Assembly: GCA_049679965.1 (NCBI GenBank)
Contig: JBAUGX010000118.1
Span: forward strand, 8,064 to 72,063
DNA: 64,000 nt
Origin: Vicinamibacterales bacterium
GTDB lineage: Bacteria > Acidobacteriota > Vicinamibacteria > Vicinamibacterales > CAVVIG01
Direction of reading: 5' to 3'
In this document: positions 62,229 to 64,000 of the stretch, piece by piece
How the letters are laid out: each line of letters begins with the position of its first letter
Numbering within the stretch: the stretch's first letter is position 1
Made by a program: the position numbers and the translations under genes
Notes under the pieces: generated by a model
Told to the model about the DNA's origin: nothing
Seen by the model: the letters and a program-made list of their open reading frames with translations, nothing else
The model's database searches: none

Positions 62229-63596
62229 ATGCCCGCACCGACAGTTCTGGTCGTGGACGACGAACAGCTGATTCGCTGGTCGTTGACGACGCGTCTCTCC
62301 GATGAAGGTTACCGCGTCCTCGAGGCCGAGACGGCCGCCGCCGCTCTCGATCGGGTGCGGGAGGGTGTCGACCTCGTTCTGCTCGACTACCGGTTACCCG
62401 ATGGGGACGGCCTGGCGGTCCTCAAGAAGATCAAGGAACGCGACCCCGACACGCTCGTCATCCTGTTGACGGCGCAGGTGAGCGTGGAGCTCGCCGTCGA
62501 GGCGATGAAACAGGGCGCGTATCACTACGCGAACAAGCCCTTCAACGTCGACGAAATCGTCCTGCTCGTCGAGAAGGCGCTCGAAACGACTCGGCTGCGT
62601 CGCGAAGTGCGAACACTGCGGGCCACCCAGGCCCAGCCCTACACACTCGACCGCATTGTCGGCGACAGTGCCGCGATGGTCGCCATCAGGGCGCTTCTGC
62701 AGAAGGTGGCGGCAAGCCCCGCATCAACCGTGCTGCTGACTGGAGAGAGCGGTACCGGCAAGGATCTGGCCGCCAAGGTCATCCACTACGCAAGCGATCG
62801 TGCGAACAGACCCTTCATGAACATCACCTGCTCGGCCTTGCCCGAGCAGTTGATCGAGAGCGAGCTGTTCGGGCACGAGCGCGGTTCGTTCACCGGCGCG
62901 GATCGCCAGAAGCGGGGCTTGCTCGAATCGGCCGATGGCGGCACGGTGTTCCTGGACGAAATCGGCGAGATGCAACCGGGACTGCAGGCCAAGGTGCTGC
63001 GTTTTCTCGAGGACAAGGCCTTCAAGCGTGTCGGCGCGTCGGCGGACATCAAGGTCGACGTGCGCGTCATTGCCGCCACCAACCGCAAGCTCGAAGACGA
63101 GGTCCGCCAGGGGAAGTTTCGAGAGGACCTCTACTATCGGTTGAACGTCCTGCCCATAGCACTGCCCCCGCTGCGGGCCAGGGCTGGCGATTTGCCGCTG
63201 CTCGTCAACTACTACATCGACATCTTCAATCGCGAGTTCAAGAAGCGCGTGCGGGGCATCGCGCCGGACGCGATGGCTCGCCTTCAGACCTATGCGTGGC
63301 CCGGCAATGTCCGGGAGCTCCGCAACGCCATCGAGCGGGCGATGTTGCTGACTGAAGAGCCGGTGCTCGGTATCGATCAGTTCCCGCTCGGCGGGGGCCT
63401 GGGCAGAGTCACCGATGGCTTCGAGTTGCCCAATGGCGGCGTCGATCTCGAGCAATTGGAGCGCTCCCTCGTCGTCCAGGCGCTCGAGCGAAGCGCGTGG
63501 AACCAGACCAAGGCCGCCACGCTTCTGGGCCTCAATCGCGATCAGATCCGGTATCGCGTCGAGAAGTTCAAGCTCGAGCGGCCAGCCCAGGCCTGA
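62229..63596 (+). CDS. sigma54-dependent response regulator (NtrC family)
   Basis: [14 protein letters not shown] ... [38 protein letters not shown], and C-terminal [20 protein letters not shown]. Confidence 0.95.
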   Translation: MPAPTVLVVDDEQLIRWSLTTRLSDEGYRVLEAETAAAALDRVREGVDLVLLDYRLPDGDGLAVLKKIKERDPDTLVILLTAQVSVELAVEAMKQGAYHYANKPFNVDEIVLLVEKALETTRLRREVRTLRATQAQPYTLDRIVGDSAAMVAIRALLQKVAASPASTVLLTGESGTGKDLAAKVIHYASDRANRPFMNITCSALPEQLIESELFGHERGSFTGADRQKRGLLESADGGTVFLDEIGEMQPGLQAKVLRFLEDKAFKRVGASADIKVDVRVIAATNRKLEDEVRQGKFREDLYYRLNVLPIALPPLRARAGDLPLLVNYYIDIFNREFKKRVRGIAPDAMARLQTYAWPGNVRELRNAIERAMLLTEEPVLGIDQFPLGGGLGRVTDGFELPNGGVDLEQLERSLVVQALERSAWNQTKAATLLGLNRDQIRYRVEKFKLERPAQA

Positions 63597-63613
63597 ACCC
63601 GGCGCCTGCCGCG

Positions 63614-63645
63614 ATTTTTCCCCCGCTTCGCCACGAAATAGTCCC
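63614..63645. promoter_or_regulatory. degenerate third copy of the 13-6-13 element (one good half-site)
   Basis: The reverse complement reads GGGACTATTTCGT-GGCGAA-GCGGGGGAAAAAT. The left half matches 12/13 to copy 1, while the right half keeps only GCGGG. The centre lies about 89 bp upstream of the promoter GG at 63718. Confidence 0.4.
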
Positions 63646-63716
63646 CACGCCCGAGGTCGCCGGCGGCCATCTTGTCCAATTAGCGCCGAAATCCCGGCGC
63701 TTTGGCCCTGGGCCGG

Positions 63717-63731
63717 TGGCACATGGGTTGC
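63717..63731 (+). promoter_or_regulatory. candidate sigma54 promoter TGGCAC-N5-TTGC (consensus) for the NifU-like gene
   Basis: TGGCACATGGGTTGC lies 49 nt upstream of the ATG at 63780. Confidence 0.65.
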
Positions 63732-63779
63732 CCCAGGTGCCGGCATTCCGGAGGCACTCATGGCCGGGTGGAGGACTCG

Positions 63780-64000
63780 ATGGTGACGAAAGAGCGGGTG
63801 GAATCGGTGCTCGACCGCGTGCGGCCGTTCCTGCGCGCCGATGGCGGAGACATTGAGTTGATCAATGTGGAAGGTAATTCCGCGGGCGTCCGTCTCACGG
63901 GCGTCTGCGCGGCCTGTCCGAGCGCGCAGATGACGCTGCATCTTGGTGTCGAAGCCGCGCTTCGTGACGCGATGCCCGAGTTCGGCACGCTGCGGCTCGT
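63780..64000 (+). CDS. NifU-like (NifU C-terminal / Nfu-type) Fe-S cluster protein; runs off the right edge
   Basis: My own translation gives MVTKERVESVLDRVRPFLRADGGDIELINVEGNSAGVRLTGVCAACPSAQMTLHLGVEAALRDAMPEF. This is the Nfu pattern with the CxxC motif. Confidence 0.8.
   Translation, partial: MVTKERVESVLDRVRPFLRADGGDIELINVEGNSAGVRLTGVCAACPSAQMTLHLGVEAALRDAMPEFGTLRL

Overview
High-GC bacterial chromosomal window (mid-60s % GC by eye, not computed). Gene content points to Acidobacteriota: an acidobacterial-type VWFA protein, a PEP-CTERM protein, PEGA and DUF4010 proteins, and three sigma54 activators. This taxon call is an inference. All protein calls come from motif recognition in the supplied translations; no searches were run. 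I support about 56 CDS and found no rRNA, tRNA, CRISPR array or transposase. Layout: (1) 1-7.6 kb is an ABC-transporter-dependent (Wzm/Wzt) polysaccharide cluster with a low-GC insert. (2) 7.7-11.2 kb holds a PEP-CTERM surface protein, a sensor-less sigma54 activator, and two aspartate-less receiver proteins, one fused to PilZ. (3) 11.4-31 kb is housekeeping (fabD, fabZ, dsbD, kbl, aminotransferases) mixed with signalling genes: an NtrC-type regulator, an HTH plus stand-alone DHp pair, a FliA-like sigma, a hybrid kinase, and a GAF-PP2C phosphatase. (4) 42.5-47.8 kb is a translationally coupled operon: monoheme cytochrome c, Rieske protein, cytochrome b/c fusion, MtrA/DmsE-type decaheme, MtrB/PioB-type porin. 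(5) 47.8-56.8 kb holds metal genes: copA, DUF302, tonB, MgtC/DUF4010, a TPCP-type P1B ATPase and a GT22 glycosyltransferase. (6) 56.8-64 kb is a hypoxia-type module: usp-acd-usp, a FixL-like heme-PAS kinase, a receiver, an NtrC-type activator and a NifU-like gene. Main non-coding signals: nine candidate sigma54 promoters at sensible distances from start codons; a 32-bp palindrome (13-6-13) at the same offset upstream of two of those promoters, with a degenerate third copy beside an activator gene; at least five sequence families of 7-bp tandem arrays at gene ends, where the GGGATTY family is a canonical G-quadruplex motif and flanks a four-helix-bundle (23S IVS/Avd-like) gene as inverted arrays; and a REP-like double hairpin inserted in frame inside copA.
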